This document shows positions 8,557 to 18,600 of a stretch of 32,000 bases of DNA, piece after piece (position 1 is the stretch's first letter; every line of letters starts with the position of its first letter). The position numbers were made by a program, and so were the translations under genes. The notes below the pieces were generated by a model. The model ran no database searches. It saw nothing but the letters and a program-made list of their open reading frames with translations, and was not told the DNA's origin. The DNA lies in assembly GCA_030167145.1 (NCBI GenBank), contig CP126532.1, forward strand, positions 2,970,001-3,002,000, in the 5' to 3' direction. This DNA comes from Ktedonobacterales bacterium (GTDB lineage: Bacteria; Chloroflexota; Ktedonobacteria; Ktedonobacterales; JADMIN01).

Positions 8557-9231
8557 TCAGCCCTCCGTGCGCGGATTGCTCAGGTGGATGTACGGACGGT
8601 AACTGTGCCCCTCAAGCGCGACCCCCGTCTTGCAGGTAACCGCGTCCAGCGTCTTGATGACCCGTCCCGGATTGCCCACCACCAGCGAATACGGCGGAAT
8701 ATCGCTCATCACCACCGCGCCCGAACCGATGACCGAGTGCTCGCCAATCGTAATCCACGGCCCCAGCGTCACATTCACCCCCACCTGCACACCGCGCTTC
8801 AGCGTCGGCCCGCGCATACACTCCAGCGAATACGCGCAGCCGGGGTGCAGGTCGTTGGCAATGGTTACCCCCGGCGCCATGAAGACCTCGTCTTCCAGCA
8901 CCGTAAACTGCGCGACATAGCAATTGGTGTGAATCTTGACGTGGCTGCCAATGCGACAGCCGTAGTCAATCGTCGTGTTGTTCCAGATCTGCACCGCATC
9001 GCCCAGATGATTCTGCTCGCGGATCACCACATTGTGGCCGGTCTGCAATTCCGCGCCGATGGTCGTGCCCGCGTAGATCACTGTGCCGCTGCGCAGCCGC
9101 GCCCGTGGACCAATCCGCAGCGTCAAATCTTCGACTTTCCGCCCCGTCAGATAGCCCAACAGCACCGACGGATCGTACTCACACCCTTCGCCCAGATCAA
9201 TCAATTCGGGGCTGACCAGAAAATCGCTCAT
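8557..9231 (-). CDS. left-handed beta-helix (hexapeptide-repeat) sugar N-acetyltransferase, WbpD/WbbJ-like
   Basis: 224 aa with multiple hexapeptide repeats (IGPRARLRSGTVIYAGTTIGAELQTGHNVVI...VGVNVTLGPWITIGEHSVIGSGAVV). Its start overlaps the upstream stop in an ATGA (9228-9231), indicating translational coupling. Confidence 0.85.
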   Translation of the reverse strand: MSDFLVSPELIDLGEGCEYDPSVLLGYLTGRKVEDLTLRIGPRARLRSGTVIYAGTTIGAELQTGHNVVIREQNHLGDAVQIWNNTTIDYGCRIGSHVKIHTNCYVAQFTVLEDEVFMAPGVTIANDLHPGCAYSLECMRGPTLKRGVQVGVNVTLGPWITIGEHSVIGSGAVVMSDIPPYSLVVGNPGRVIKTLDAVTCKTGVALEGHSYRPYIHLSNPRTEG

Positions 9232-10328
9232 ACATGCGCCTCCGCGGGTTGGTCTTCCGGCTCAAGAGCCACGCTCGCGCCGCCCATCCGCAGCGATTCG
9301 TCCATCGCTTCGAGCAGTCGCACAATCTGCAAGCCATTCTGCCCATCGCTGGGTGGCCTGCTGCCGGTACGTATCGCATCGAGAAAGCGCTGGCACTCAA
9401 TAGTAAGCGGCTCGGTCCAGTGGATATGCGGGCTGACGATATCGCCATAGCGATACGACAACTGAAACTCGCCGAAGGTAGAGGTATAGTCGGGCACATC
9501 CACGCCACGGTTGAAGATCCGCACCTTCTCCGTGGCCTCCACATCGTCGTACACCGCCATTTGCTTCTCGCCCACCACCGTGATGCGCCGCACCTTCGAA
9601 GGATGCAACCAACTCACATGCACATGCGCCAGCGCGCCATTCGGATAGCGCATCATCACGTGCGCCACATCGTGGATGTTGGGCCGCACAAACGCCTCGC
9701 CCTGCACACTCACGCTCACCGGCTCCGCGTCCAGGATGTAGTTCAGTATCGAAAGATCGTGCGGCGCGAGATCCCACAGCACATTGATGTCGGGCTGGAA
9801 CAGGCCAAGATTCACCCGAATCGCATCCACGTGGTAGACCCGCCCAAATGCCTCGTCCGCCACGATGCGCCGCAGCTCTTCGACGGCGGGATTATACAGA
9901 AAGGTATGTCCCACCATCAGCGTCCGCTCCATGCGCTCCGCCAGCGCCACCAGTTTCACCGCCTCTGCCACGCTGGCGGTGAGTGGCTTCTCCACGAAGA
10001 CATGTTTGCCGCGCTCCAGCGCCTTGCGCGCCAGCGGATAGTGCGTGCGAATCGGCGTGGCGACCACGATGGCGTCTATATCGGCATCCAGCGCCAGCTC
10101 GACATCCGCGACGACATTGATATGCGGGAAGGCTTCGCTCGCGGCCTCGCGGCGCGCTGGCGCAAGGTCTACGATGTGCGTCACCGTCGTATCGCGCAGC
10201 CGGTCAAAGTTCCGTACCAGTTGCGGACCCCAATAGCCATAGCCAATCACCGCCACCCGCACGTGCGGCTGCTCGCGACCCGCGCTCCCATCCGTTGCCG
10301 TCGCGACCCCCGTAGCTCGTGGTTCCAC
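9228..10328 (-). CDS. Gfo/Idh/MocA-family NAD-dependent oxidoreductase (WbpB-like sugar 3-dehydrogenase candidate)
   Basis: ORF 9228..10400(-). Preferred start is the GTG at 10328, preceded by GGAGGAGG with a 4-nt spacer. Rossmann motif VAVIGYGYWGPQLVRNF and the EKP motif (VFVEKPLTAS). Confidence 0.85.
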   Translation of the reverse strand: MEPRATGVATATDGSAGREQPHVRVAVIGYGYWGPQLVRNFDRLRDTTVTHIVDLAPARREAASEAFPHINVVADVELALDADIDAIVVATPIRTHYPLARKALERGKHVFVEKPLTASVAEAVKLVALAERMERTLMVGHTFLYNPAVEELRRIVADEAFGRVYHVDAIRVNLGLFQPDINVLWDLAPHDLSILNYILDAEPVSVSVQGEAFVRPNIHDVAHVMMRYPNGALAHVHVSWLHPSKVRRITVVGEKQMAVYDDVEATEKVRIFNRGVDVPDYTSTFGEFQLSYRYGDIVSPHIHWTEPLTIECQRFLDAIRTGSRPPSDGQNGLQIVRLLEAMDESLRMGGASVALEPEDQPAEAHV

Positions 10329-10928
10329 GTTTCCTCCTCCACCCGCACTGTGACCCGAAGCCCTGTAGAGCAGTGGCAGCGCCTCACAAGATCTCATCAT
10401 TTCCCACTATGACACGGATACGAAAGAATGCACAGTGTTTAGGACCAATCGCCATACCGCCAGTGCGCTTTTCAACGCATCCTAACGTCTTTTTCACACA
10501 ACTCTCCGCCGATGCGCGCTCGTAGCTGTCCTGATGTCGTTCGCCATTCCTGACACCGCTATCATATGGCTCGCCATTCCTTATTAGTGGCGTTGCAATG
10601 AAGGGACGCTGTGAGTACTACCGACGACAAGTTTCTGTTCGTGGTCCGTCAACACGTGTGAGGGGTCCATGCGCCCATCGCCGCGACAAGCAATGCGGCG
10701 GTACCATCTGGCAGGTGTATTGCGCGCTTGCAACGCTTGTGCTGTACTCAGCATTGCGAAACTAGAGGCAAACGTGCGCACGCGATACGCGGTCAGGTGC
10801 ATACATCAGGCTGCATGGGGCCGTAGAGAGGCCATTGAGAGAAGGAACGCAGTGCGTCTCGGACGGTGGCGCGGCGCGCGGCGCAGCCGTCAATGTGGTT
10901 GAGGAAGCGGTTCATGTGGGGGGAAGCC

Positions 10929-11834
10929 ATGTCAGAGTATCCAATAGCCGATGTCGCGGTCCGGTCCAGTGGAATGGCGGACACATCCCCAGAGCATACA
11001 GCACAGGGGCCAGCGCGTGTGGCGGCGCGCGCTGTTCCCCCTGCCTGGAAGACCCAGATCGCCGCGACGGGGCTGCTCCCCGCGCCGCGCAACGCCTTTG
11101 CCAGGCGCACACTCGATCTCGCGCTCTCGCTCGTCGCGTTGCTCTTCACCCTGCCCCTCTACCCGATCATTGTCCTCGCCATTCGTCTCGACTCCAAGGG
11201 CCACGCCCTCTATCGCCAGACCCGCGTCGGGCGCAACGGTCAGACGTTCACCGTCTTGAAGTTCCGCTCGATGTATGTCTCCCAGCAGCCCGTGGATCCC
11301 GTCTACCGCGACATGGCAAACAAATGGATGGCGGGCGTCCCGCTCACTCCCACCGCCACCGACGCCGATGCGCCGCACGACACGGCCTCCGAGGTATCCG
11401 CAACGAACGCGCAGACTGCGTCGAACACAACGACGCCAGTGCCGTCGCCCGCGCCATCCTCGCGGGCGAAAGCCGCGCCGAAGTACAAACTCGCCAACGA
11501 CCCGCGCATCACCCATGTTGGGCGGTTTCTCCGCGCCACCAGCCTCGACGAGCTGCCCCAGTTCATCAACGTGCTGCTCGGCGACATGAGCATCGTTGGC
11601 CCGCGCCCCGCCATCCCCTTCGAGGTGGATCGCTACGCCCCGCGCGATTTTGGCCGGCTGCTCGTCAAGCCAGGCATTACCGGCCTGTGGCAGGTCGAAG
11701 GGCGCGGCCATGTCACCTTCCAGCAGATGATTGACCTCGACCTGAAATATGTCGCGCGTAACTCACTCTGGTATGATGTCGGCCTGATCCTGCGGACCGT
11801 GCCCGCCGTGTTGCGGCGCAGCGGCGCGGCCTAA
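10929..11834 (+). CDS. polyprenyl-phosphate sugar-phosphate transferase (bacterial sugar transferase, WbaP/PglC-type initiating enzyme)
   Basis: ORF 10866..11834. Preferred ATG at 10929 after GGGGGAAG. Re-entrant helix RTLDLALSLVALLFTLPLYPIIVLAIRL, then YRQTRVGRNGQTFTVLKFRSM, DPRITHVGRFLRATSLDELPQFINVLLGDMSIVGPRP and KPGITGLWQV. Confidence 0.85.
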   Translation: MSEYPIADVAVRSSGMADTSPEHTAQGPARVAARAVPPAWKTQIAATGLLPAPRNAFARRTLDLALSLVALLFTLPLYPIIVLAIRLDSKGHALYRQTRVGRNGQTFTVLKFRSMYVSQQPVDPVYRDMANKWMAGVPLTPTATDADAPHDTASEVSATNAQTASNTTTPVPSPAPSSRAKAAPKYKLANDPRITHVGRFLRATSLDELPQFINVLLGDMSIVGPRPAIPFEVDRYAPRDFGRLLVKPGITGLWQVEGRGHVTFQQMIDLDLKYVARNSLWYDVGLILRTVPAVLRRSGAA

Positions 11835-12108
11835 GTGATCCTGAAGATGTCGCGCGGGGTACTCTGGTAATCTGGTGATCGGGTGCGCTGTCCGTGCGCC
11901 TATCCGGGCCATCACCCCGCGCCTCGTAGTACTTTGGTGCGGCGGAAAATAGCGCAAGCCGTTTCAAGAGGTACTCTGCGGTAGAGACGCGCGCCGTAGC
12001 GTGCGCGCTCACTTGGCGTCTCGCATATATCGTGTATCGTGTGTACCACGTCTGCGACACTGCGGCGTTTTCCGTACCACACCCCAGCCGGAGGAGATAC
12101 GAAGGGCC

Positions 12109-13983
12109 ATGGAATTGACACGCGCGACAGGCGCTGTCTTGCGTCGCGTCTATCTCGTGATTCTCGGCGCACTGCTCATTGGCGCGCTTGCCTATTTCTG
12201 GTCCATGCGTCAGCCCACCCGCTACACCGCCAACGCGCAGGTCGTGGTGGCGCTCACGAATCTCGCATCGCCAGAGACCGCCAGCGCCGCCCGCGTCGCC
12301 AACGCCGCCTCGCTCGCCCAGCAATACATCGCCAACCCGTTGCCTTCCTCCGTGCTCGATCAGATCCACGAGGCGATTCCCGGCCGCACACCCGCGCAAA
12401 TCAAAGCCGAGGTCAGCTTCACCCTCGTCGCCGGTCAGCCCTTGATCACCATCACCGCCCTCGACCGCGACTCCGCGACCGCACAGGCGCTGGCCAACTC
12501 CGCCAGCATCGCCTTTGCCGGCTACTATTCCCAGCAAGAGTTCAACGCCCGTGCGACCATAACCCAGCAGGTCTCCGATTTACAGGCGCAATTCAAGCAG
12601 AGCGCCGCCCAGATCAAAGATCTGCAACAGGCTATCGCCGCCGCCAAAGCACAAGGCGCCGACACCACCGCCCTGCAAACCCAACTCACCGCGCTCCAGA
12701 ATCAGCAGGCATCCGTCACCAGCCAGCTCACCGCCGCCCAGGCCCAGGCCGATGCCCCGTTGCCCGTCCTCTGGCTCGCGCAGAGCGCCCGCCCAGCCGC
12801 CCAGGTCAGCGTGAATATCCCGCTGAACACCGGCTTCGGCGTCGCGGCGGGCCTGCTCGCCGGTATGGGGCTGGCGCTGCTTCTCGACCTGATGGATGGC
12901 ATCGTGCGCACCCCAATTGACACCAGCCGCTTCGCTGCCCTCACCACACTCGCCACCATGCGCGACATCCCCAGCGACGACGACGAACCGGCCTTGCTCG
13001 CCCCACAGCAATATTTCAGCGTCTTCAATTCCTATCAAGAATTGGCCCAAAGCCTGCTCTTCCTCAACGCGACACGCCGCGTCGAAACGTTGATGGTCGC
13101 CCCCGCCGATAACGTCCCCAACGACGATCTGGTGGGCATCTACCTCGCCATCACCTATGCCCTCTCTGGCGAACGCACCCTGCTCATTGACGCCAACTGG
13201 GACTCACCCTCCCTGGAAAAACGCTTCGGCCTCCCGCCTGAGACACGCGGCGGCCTCTTCACCAGCGTCCTCGCCATGACCCGCGACGCCGCGCACATCT
13301 ACGACGCCATCCAGCCCACCGAGATCCCCGGCCTCTACGTCTTGCTCGTGGGGCCGCAGCCGCCCAACCCCGACGACGTGATGCAGCCCGCCCCGGTGGA
13401 TCACTTCTTCACACGCCTCGAAAGCCAGTTCAGCCAGATCGTCGTGCTCGCCCCCGCAGGCCTGCTCAGCCCCGCCGGACGCCAACTGGCCGAGCGCATG
13501 GACGGCACACTCGTCGTCGCGCACGCTGGCTCAACCGTCGGCGGCGAGCTTGCCGGGCTGGCGCGCTCACTCCGCCGCATGAATTGCTATCTCGTTGGCG
13601 CTGCGCTCGTCGGCGATGAGGTCGCCGCCAAATCCATGCTGCCCGCGCCCAGCCAGCCCGCGCCCGCCGTGCCCATCGTGCCAGCGGCAGTCACCGGCGC
13701 GCTGAACAGCGCCCACTCGCGCACCGAACAGTGGACCGGCAGCTTTGAGGCCATCACCGGCATGTTCCCGGCGGTCAATCTGCCCGCTCAATCCGCGTCC
13801 GGCTACAGTCCCCAACCGATATCCGGCCCAGCGCCCGCGCCAGTGCCACGGCAGGCGCCCGCGCCAGTGCCACTATCAGGCCAGCCAATGCCTGGTCACA
13901 CACCCCTGTGGCCCGGCCCTGCACACAGCGAGGGGTCGCCACCGAGTACAATGGACCAGCAGACAGGCCAGTCTAGGCCGTAG
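12109..13983 (+). CDS. polysaccharide co-polymerase (Wzz/PCP-2-like) with a degenerate C-terminal BY-kinase/ParA-like domain and a Pro-rich tail
   Basis: ORF 12001..13983. Preferred ATG at 12109 after GGAGGAG. TM1 (VYLVILGALLIGALAYFW), a Q/A-rich coiled-coil region, TM2 (GFGVAAGLLAGMGLALLL), then a domain colinear with BY-kinases (TLLIDANWDSPSLEKRFGL; LLVGPQPPNPDDVM) that lacks the GK(S/T) P-loop. Confidence 0.8.
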   Translation: MELTRATGAVLRRVYLVILGALLIGALAYFWSMRQPTRYTANAQVVVALTNLASPETASAARVANAASLAQQYIANPLPSSVLDQIHEAIPGRTPAQIKAEVSFTLVAGQPLITITALDRDSATAQALANSASIAFAGYYSQQEFNARATITQQVSDLQAQFKQSAAQIKDLQQAIAAAKAQGADTTALQTQLTALQNQQASVTSQLTAAQAQADAPLPVLWLAQSARPAAQVSVNIPLNTGFGVAAGLLAGMGLALLLDLMDGIVRTPIDTSRFAALTTLATMRDIPSDDDEPALLAPQQYFSVFNSYQELAQSLLFLNATRRVETLMVAPADNVPNDDLVGIYLAITYALSGERTLLIDANWDSPSLEKRFGLPPETRGGLFTSVLAMTRDAAHIYDAIQPTEIPGLYVLLVGPQPPNPDDVMQPAPVDHFFTRLESQFSQIVVLAPAGLLSPAGRQLAERMDGTLVVAHAGSTVGGELAGLARSLRRMNCYLVGAALVGDEVAAKSMLPAPSQPAPAVPIVPAAVTGALNSAHSRTEQWTGSFEAITGMFPAVNLPAQSASGYSPQPISGPAPAPVPRQAPAPVPLSGQPMPGHTPLWPGPAHSEGSPPSTMDQQTGQSRP

Positions 13984-14092
13984 AATATTCCAGACGGTGA
14001 TTCCTTGTCGGTCGCACGCACTCGGACGCGCGACCATGATTGCCGGTAGAGTCTCAGCTACCCATGTAGGGTGAAGGTGAAAGGGCGGAACA

Positions 14093-15238
14093 ATGACCAC
14101 GGTTTCGACGACGGCGACAACGCTCGCGGAGATTCCCCTCGTAGATCTCAAGGCGCAGTATGCGCCACTCAAAGACGAAATGCTCGCCGCGATTGCCAAT
14201 GTGCTCGATGGTATGCACCTCTTCTTAGGGCCAGAGCAGCGCGACTTCGAGCAAGAGTTCGCCGCATTCTGCGGCACAAGCCAGTGCATCGGCGTCAGCA
14301 ACGGCACTGATGCCATCGAATTGGCGCTGCGCGCCCTGGGCATCGGCGCGGGCGATGAAGTCATCACCCAGCCCAATTCGTTCATCGCCACCGGCGAGGC
14401 CATCAGCGCCGTCGGCGCGATTCCCATCTTCGTGGATGTCAACGAAGCTACCTCCACCCTCGATCCCACGCTCCTCGAAGCCAAGATCACCCCGCGCACC
14501 AAAGCCATCATTCCCGTGCATCTCTATGGCCGCCCAGCGGACATGCCCGCGATTCTCGCGATTGCCGAACCGCGCGGCATCCCCGTCATCGAAGATGCCA
14601 GCCAGGCGCACGGCGCGGAGATTGACGGCCAGCGCGTCGGCTCCTTCGGCACGCTCGCCACCTTCAGTTTCTACTTCTCCAAGAACCTTGGCGCCTACGG
14701 CGAGGCTGGCGCCGTCACCACCAACGACCCCGATCTCGCCGCCCGCGTGCGCCTCTATCGCGACCACGGCTCGCAGGTGCGCTACCATCACGAGGTCGTC
14801 GGCCGCAATGCGCGTATGGATGAGATACAGGCCGCGATCCTGCGCATCAAGCTGCGCCACCTGCCAGAGTGGAATGTCGCCCGGCGCGACCGCGCGGCGG
14901 TGCTCACCGCGGCGCTGGCGGGCACATCGCTCACACTCCCCGTCCCTGGTGGCGAGCATGTGCGCGAAGTCTTCTACGTCTACGCCGTGCGCCACCCAGA
15001 GCGCGACCGCCTCAAAGCCTTCCTGGGCGAGCGCGGCATCAACACCGGCATCCACTTTCCCATACCGATCCACTTGCAGCAGGCGTATGCCGACCTCGGC
15101 TACACACCGGGATCCTATCCCGTCACCGAGCGGCTCTCCAACGAGATCCTCTCGCTGCCCATGTACGCCGAACTCACCGACGAGCAGATCGCCCGCATCG
15201 CGGCGGCGGTCCGCGAATTCGACGCCGCTGGCGCCTGA
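14093..15238 (+). CDS. DegT/DnrJ/EryC1/StrS-family PLP-dependent sugar aminotransferase (WbpE-like)
   Basis: 381 aa. Motifs GDEVITQPNSFIATGEAI, IPVHLYGRPADM and DASQAHGA, plus the PLP-lysine context SFYFSKNLGAYGEAGAV. Confidence 0.9.
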   Translation: MTTVSTTATTLAEIPLVDLKAQYAPLKDEMLAAIANVLDGMHLFLGPEQRDFEQEFAAFCGTSQCIGVSNGTDAIELALRALGIGAGDEVITQPNSFIATGEAISAVGAIPIFVDVNEATSTLDPTLLEAKITPRTKAIIPVHLYGRPADMPAILAIAEPRGIPVIEDASQAHGAEIDGQRVGSFGTLATFSFYFSKNLGAYGEAGAVTTNDPDLAARVRLYRDHGSQVRYHHEVVGRNARMDEIQAAILRIKLRHLPEWNVARRDRAAVLTAALAGTSLTLPVPGGEHVREVFYVYAVRHPERDRLKAFLGERGINTGIHFPIPIHLQQAYADLGYTPGSYPVTERLSNEILSLPMYAELTDEQIARIAAAVREFDAAGA

Positions 15239-15260
15239 GCGCCACGGTAACGCCGATCCA

Positions 15261-15348
15261 GGTAGCGCAGACATTCTTGTCTGCGGTGTACGGTAGCGCA
15301 GACAGGAATGTCTGCGCGTGGTGGGGCAACGGAAACTTGCCCCACCAC
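15261..15348. repeat. cluster of three GC-rich hairpins (two GTAG-headed REP-like units plus a 12-bp stem)
   Basis: ggtag+cgcagaca-ttct-tgtctgcg (15261-15285). ggtag+cgcagaca-ggaa-tgtctgcg (15292-15317). gtggtggggcaa-cggaaac-ttgccccaccac (15318-15348, perfect 12-bp stem). Lies just after the aminotransferase stop. Confidence 0.8.
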
Positions 15349-15606
15349 GTATCCACCCAGTTTTCGCCAGCAGGTGCGGATGGATGCGGGGTAGCGGAGG
15401 TTATGTTCCCTATGGCGACACACCCCACACACGGGCCAATCATGCCTTTTGGCGCTAGCGCGACATCGCACGGCCACACGTTCGTTACACACCGTAGAAC
15501 GTCGCGACGGGATGGGGGACACTCCCGCGCGACATATAGCGCGACGTACATGGAGTCTGGGCCAGCAGTTCCCGCCGCAAGCCGCGTGGGGGCACAAGGA
15601 TAAGCG

Positions 15607-18600
15607 ATGGCGGACTACACACAGGCAAACTATCGCCAGGCAGACGTTGGCCAGGCAGACCACCGTCAGGCAAACTACCCAGGGCAACTGCTCGACGAAG
15701 CCGAGGAGATTCCCCAGTCGCAATGGGCCACCGGCGCGCTGGACGGCCTCTCGGAGCCGCAATGGTCCTCCGAACAGGTCATCACCGGCCAGTATCGCAT
15801 CCCTGGGGCCGTTGCATCGCCTTCAAGCTCGCTCACCAAAGGCGAAGCCAAAGGTAAGGTTGGCTCCGGCAGGGTCACCAGCCGCACCGCCGCGCAGCGC
15901 CTGCGCGAAACCGCCGTCAACGCCAAGATTCTCAGCGCCATCCTCACGCTGGCCAGCGGCACCATCGCCGCACGCGCCCTCGGCGTCTTCAACCAATCGG
16001 TCATCTCCGCGCACTTCGGCGCGGGCGTCGAGATGGACGCCTACTTCGCCACCCTCGCCCTGCCGGTGCTGCTCACCAATCTCGTCGTCAATGCGCTCGG
16101 CTCGGCGATTGTCCCCGTCTACGTCCGCATGACCAAAGATGGCCGGGACCGCGAGGCCTCCGAAGTGCTGAGCACGCTTCTCAACGTCGTGCTGCTCTTC
16201 GTCGCGCTGCTCACCGTGCTGACGCTGCTCTTCCCCAGAGCAGCCGTGCGAGTGATGGCCCCCGGCGCATCCGAAGCCACGATTACGGCAGGCGCGGCGC
16301 TGGCGCCCTATCTCTTCCCAATCCTGCTCTTCAGCACCATCATCGGCTTCCTCACCGGCATCGCCAATGCCACGCGCCGTTTCGGCTTCCCCGCCTTCGG
16401 CGCGATGCTCGTGCCCGTGGGCATCTTCCTCGGCACAATCCTGCTGGGCAACACCCTCGGCGTGCGTGGCCTCGCCCTCGGCCAGCTTGGCGGCATCATC
16501 CTGCAATTCCTGCTGATGCTCGTCCTCAGCCGCAAACTCAAGCTGCACTATCGCCCGTTCATCAGCTTCCGCCACGTCGAGGCCCGCACCGCGATCATGC
16601 AATTCTGGCCGATGCTGATCGGCGCGACCATCGGCCAGGCCAACTCGGTGATTGACCAGATCATCGCCTCTCTGCTCGGCTCCGGCAGCATCTCCGCGCT
16701 GAACTACGCGCTCAAAGTCATCAGCATCCCCATCACCGTCATCTTCGTCGCCTATTCACAGGCCATCTATCCCTACCTCTCCAGCCAGGCCGCCTCGCGC
16801 GACTACAAGAGCCTCAAGAGCACCATCAGCCTCTTCGCCTGGGTCATCGGCCTCGTCACCCTGGGCATGTCCATCGTCTTCACCGTCTTCTCCGGGCCGA
16901 TCATCCACATCCTCTTCACGCGCGGCGCCTTCAGCGAACAGGACGCCGCCAGCACCTCCGCCACGCTGATTGGCTTCTCCGTCGGCCTCGTGCCCATGGC
17001 CATCGAGTTCATGCTCACCCGCACCTTCAACGCCTTGCAGAAGAACGGCGTGCTGATGCGCATCGCCATCTACACCATGGTCACCAACGCCGCGCTCGAT
17101 GTGCTCATGGCTCACTTCTTCGGCTTGCCAGGCATCGCCGTGGCCACCTCGATAGATTACCTGCTCACCGCCGTGCTGATGCTTGCCGTGCTCAAGAGCA
17201 CCATCGGCCCCATCGGCATCCACCGCCCCCCGCCACAACTGCTGCGCATGCTCGCGTTCACCCCCGGCTCGGCCCGCCTGCGCCGCATGGCGCTGCGCAG
17301 CGTCAGCAAACTGGAGCCGCTCGGCCTCACCTTCGGGCGCACCGTGCGTAACTTCGCGCTGGTGCTGCTCGGCTTCGCCGCCATCGCCGCCATCACCATG
17401 AAGAACGCCGTGCAGGGGCTGCGCGTCTCCATCGGGTTCGCGCTGGCGTTCGTGTTCATTCGCTCGCCCTTTGGTCTGCTGCTCACCTGGGCAGGGCTTG
17501 GCGCATTTTACAGCGTCTACGTCCTCGACCACTCGTTGGGTTATGTGCTGGCCCTGGCCTCCATACCAGCATTCCTGCTCCTAATCCGCCGCGAGACCAT
17601 CATGAATCGCCCCTGGCCCCGCGCGCTCTATGTCTACGCGGCCTTCCTGGCATGGGTCATCCTGGGCGTTTCGCTCTCCCCGCTCTCGAAAAGCCAGTTC
17701 GCCATTGATGTGCTCGGCTACCTGGACTACGGATTTGTGTTGCTGCTCGCCGTGACCGAACTCACCACCCGCCAGCGCTTCGAGCGCTTCGTCACCGTGC
17801 TGCTCTGCTCATCCACCGTCCTCGCGCTACTCGGCGTCGCCCAATATCTGTTGCGTTTCGGCGGCTACCAGGAGCCAGGCGCCACATTGGTCTACCGCGT
17901 CGCGGGCATCTACGGCTGGTCGAATTCCTTCGGCTTCTACCTCTGCCTGGTGCTGCCCATCGCCATCTACCGCCTGCTCACCTCTCCACGCGGCCAGCGC
18001 CTGCTCTGGAGCGTCGTCCTCGCGCTGCAAATCGCCGCGCTGGCGCTCACCTTCGTGCGCACCGCCTGGCTCGCCGCCTTCGTCATGATCGCCGTCGCCG
18101 CGATTCTGCTGGACCGCAAACGGCGCAAGCCGCTGCTGGTGGGCATCGGCGCGGTGATCGTCGCAGGCGCGGCGCTCGCGCTGATCCCGCAACTTGGCGT
18201 ACAAAAACGCCTCTTGCAAAACGTGACCACCCTGAACTCGCGCACCGGCGGTTGGGATGCCCTGATCGCCAACTTCCATCCCACCGATGTGCTGGGGCAG
18301 GGTTTGTACGCCTCGAATAATCTGCTCTATCACCTGCATCCCGATGGCGTGGTCGCGCCGCATAGCCTCTATCTGCAAGTCCTCTTCGACCACGGCATCA
18401 TCGGCCTGCTGCTCCTCATCATGACCATCCTGCTGCTGATCGGCGGCGCGGTGCGCAAGGCGTGGCGCAGCCAGGGCAACGCGCGCATTCTTGCCGCGCT
18501 GGCGGCGGGCGGGCTGATCGCCGCGGCGGCATACGTTGCGGTGGATAACGAATTCTGGGTCTACGGCCTGGGCACCTACTTCTGGCTGCTCGCCGCCCTG

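Noticed and set aside
10697-10704. GGCGGTAC, resembling the ops/JUMPstart core GGCGGTAG, in the leader of the glycan operon
   Set aside because: It matches only 7 of 8 positions of a short motif in GC-rich DNA. ops/RfaH is a proteobacterial system, and I have no evidence for it in this organism. It is most likely chance.
10584-10902. Small ORFs 10584..10802(-) and 10669..10902(+) in the divergent intergenic region
   Set aside because: They have no RBS, no recognisable motifs, and they overlap each other. The region is more plausibly promoter and leader sequence.
15318-15348. Perfect 12-bp hairpin after the aminotransferase gene as a Rho-independent terminator
   Set aside because: No U-tract follows it (gtatccacccag), and the downstream gene appears to belong to the same operon. 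I treat it as part of the repeat cluster. A role in attenuation or RNA stability cannot be excluded.
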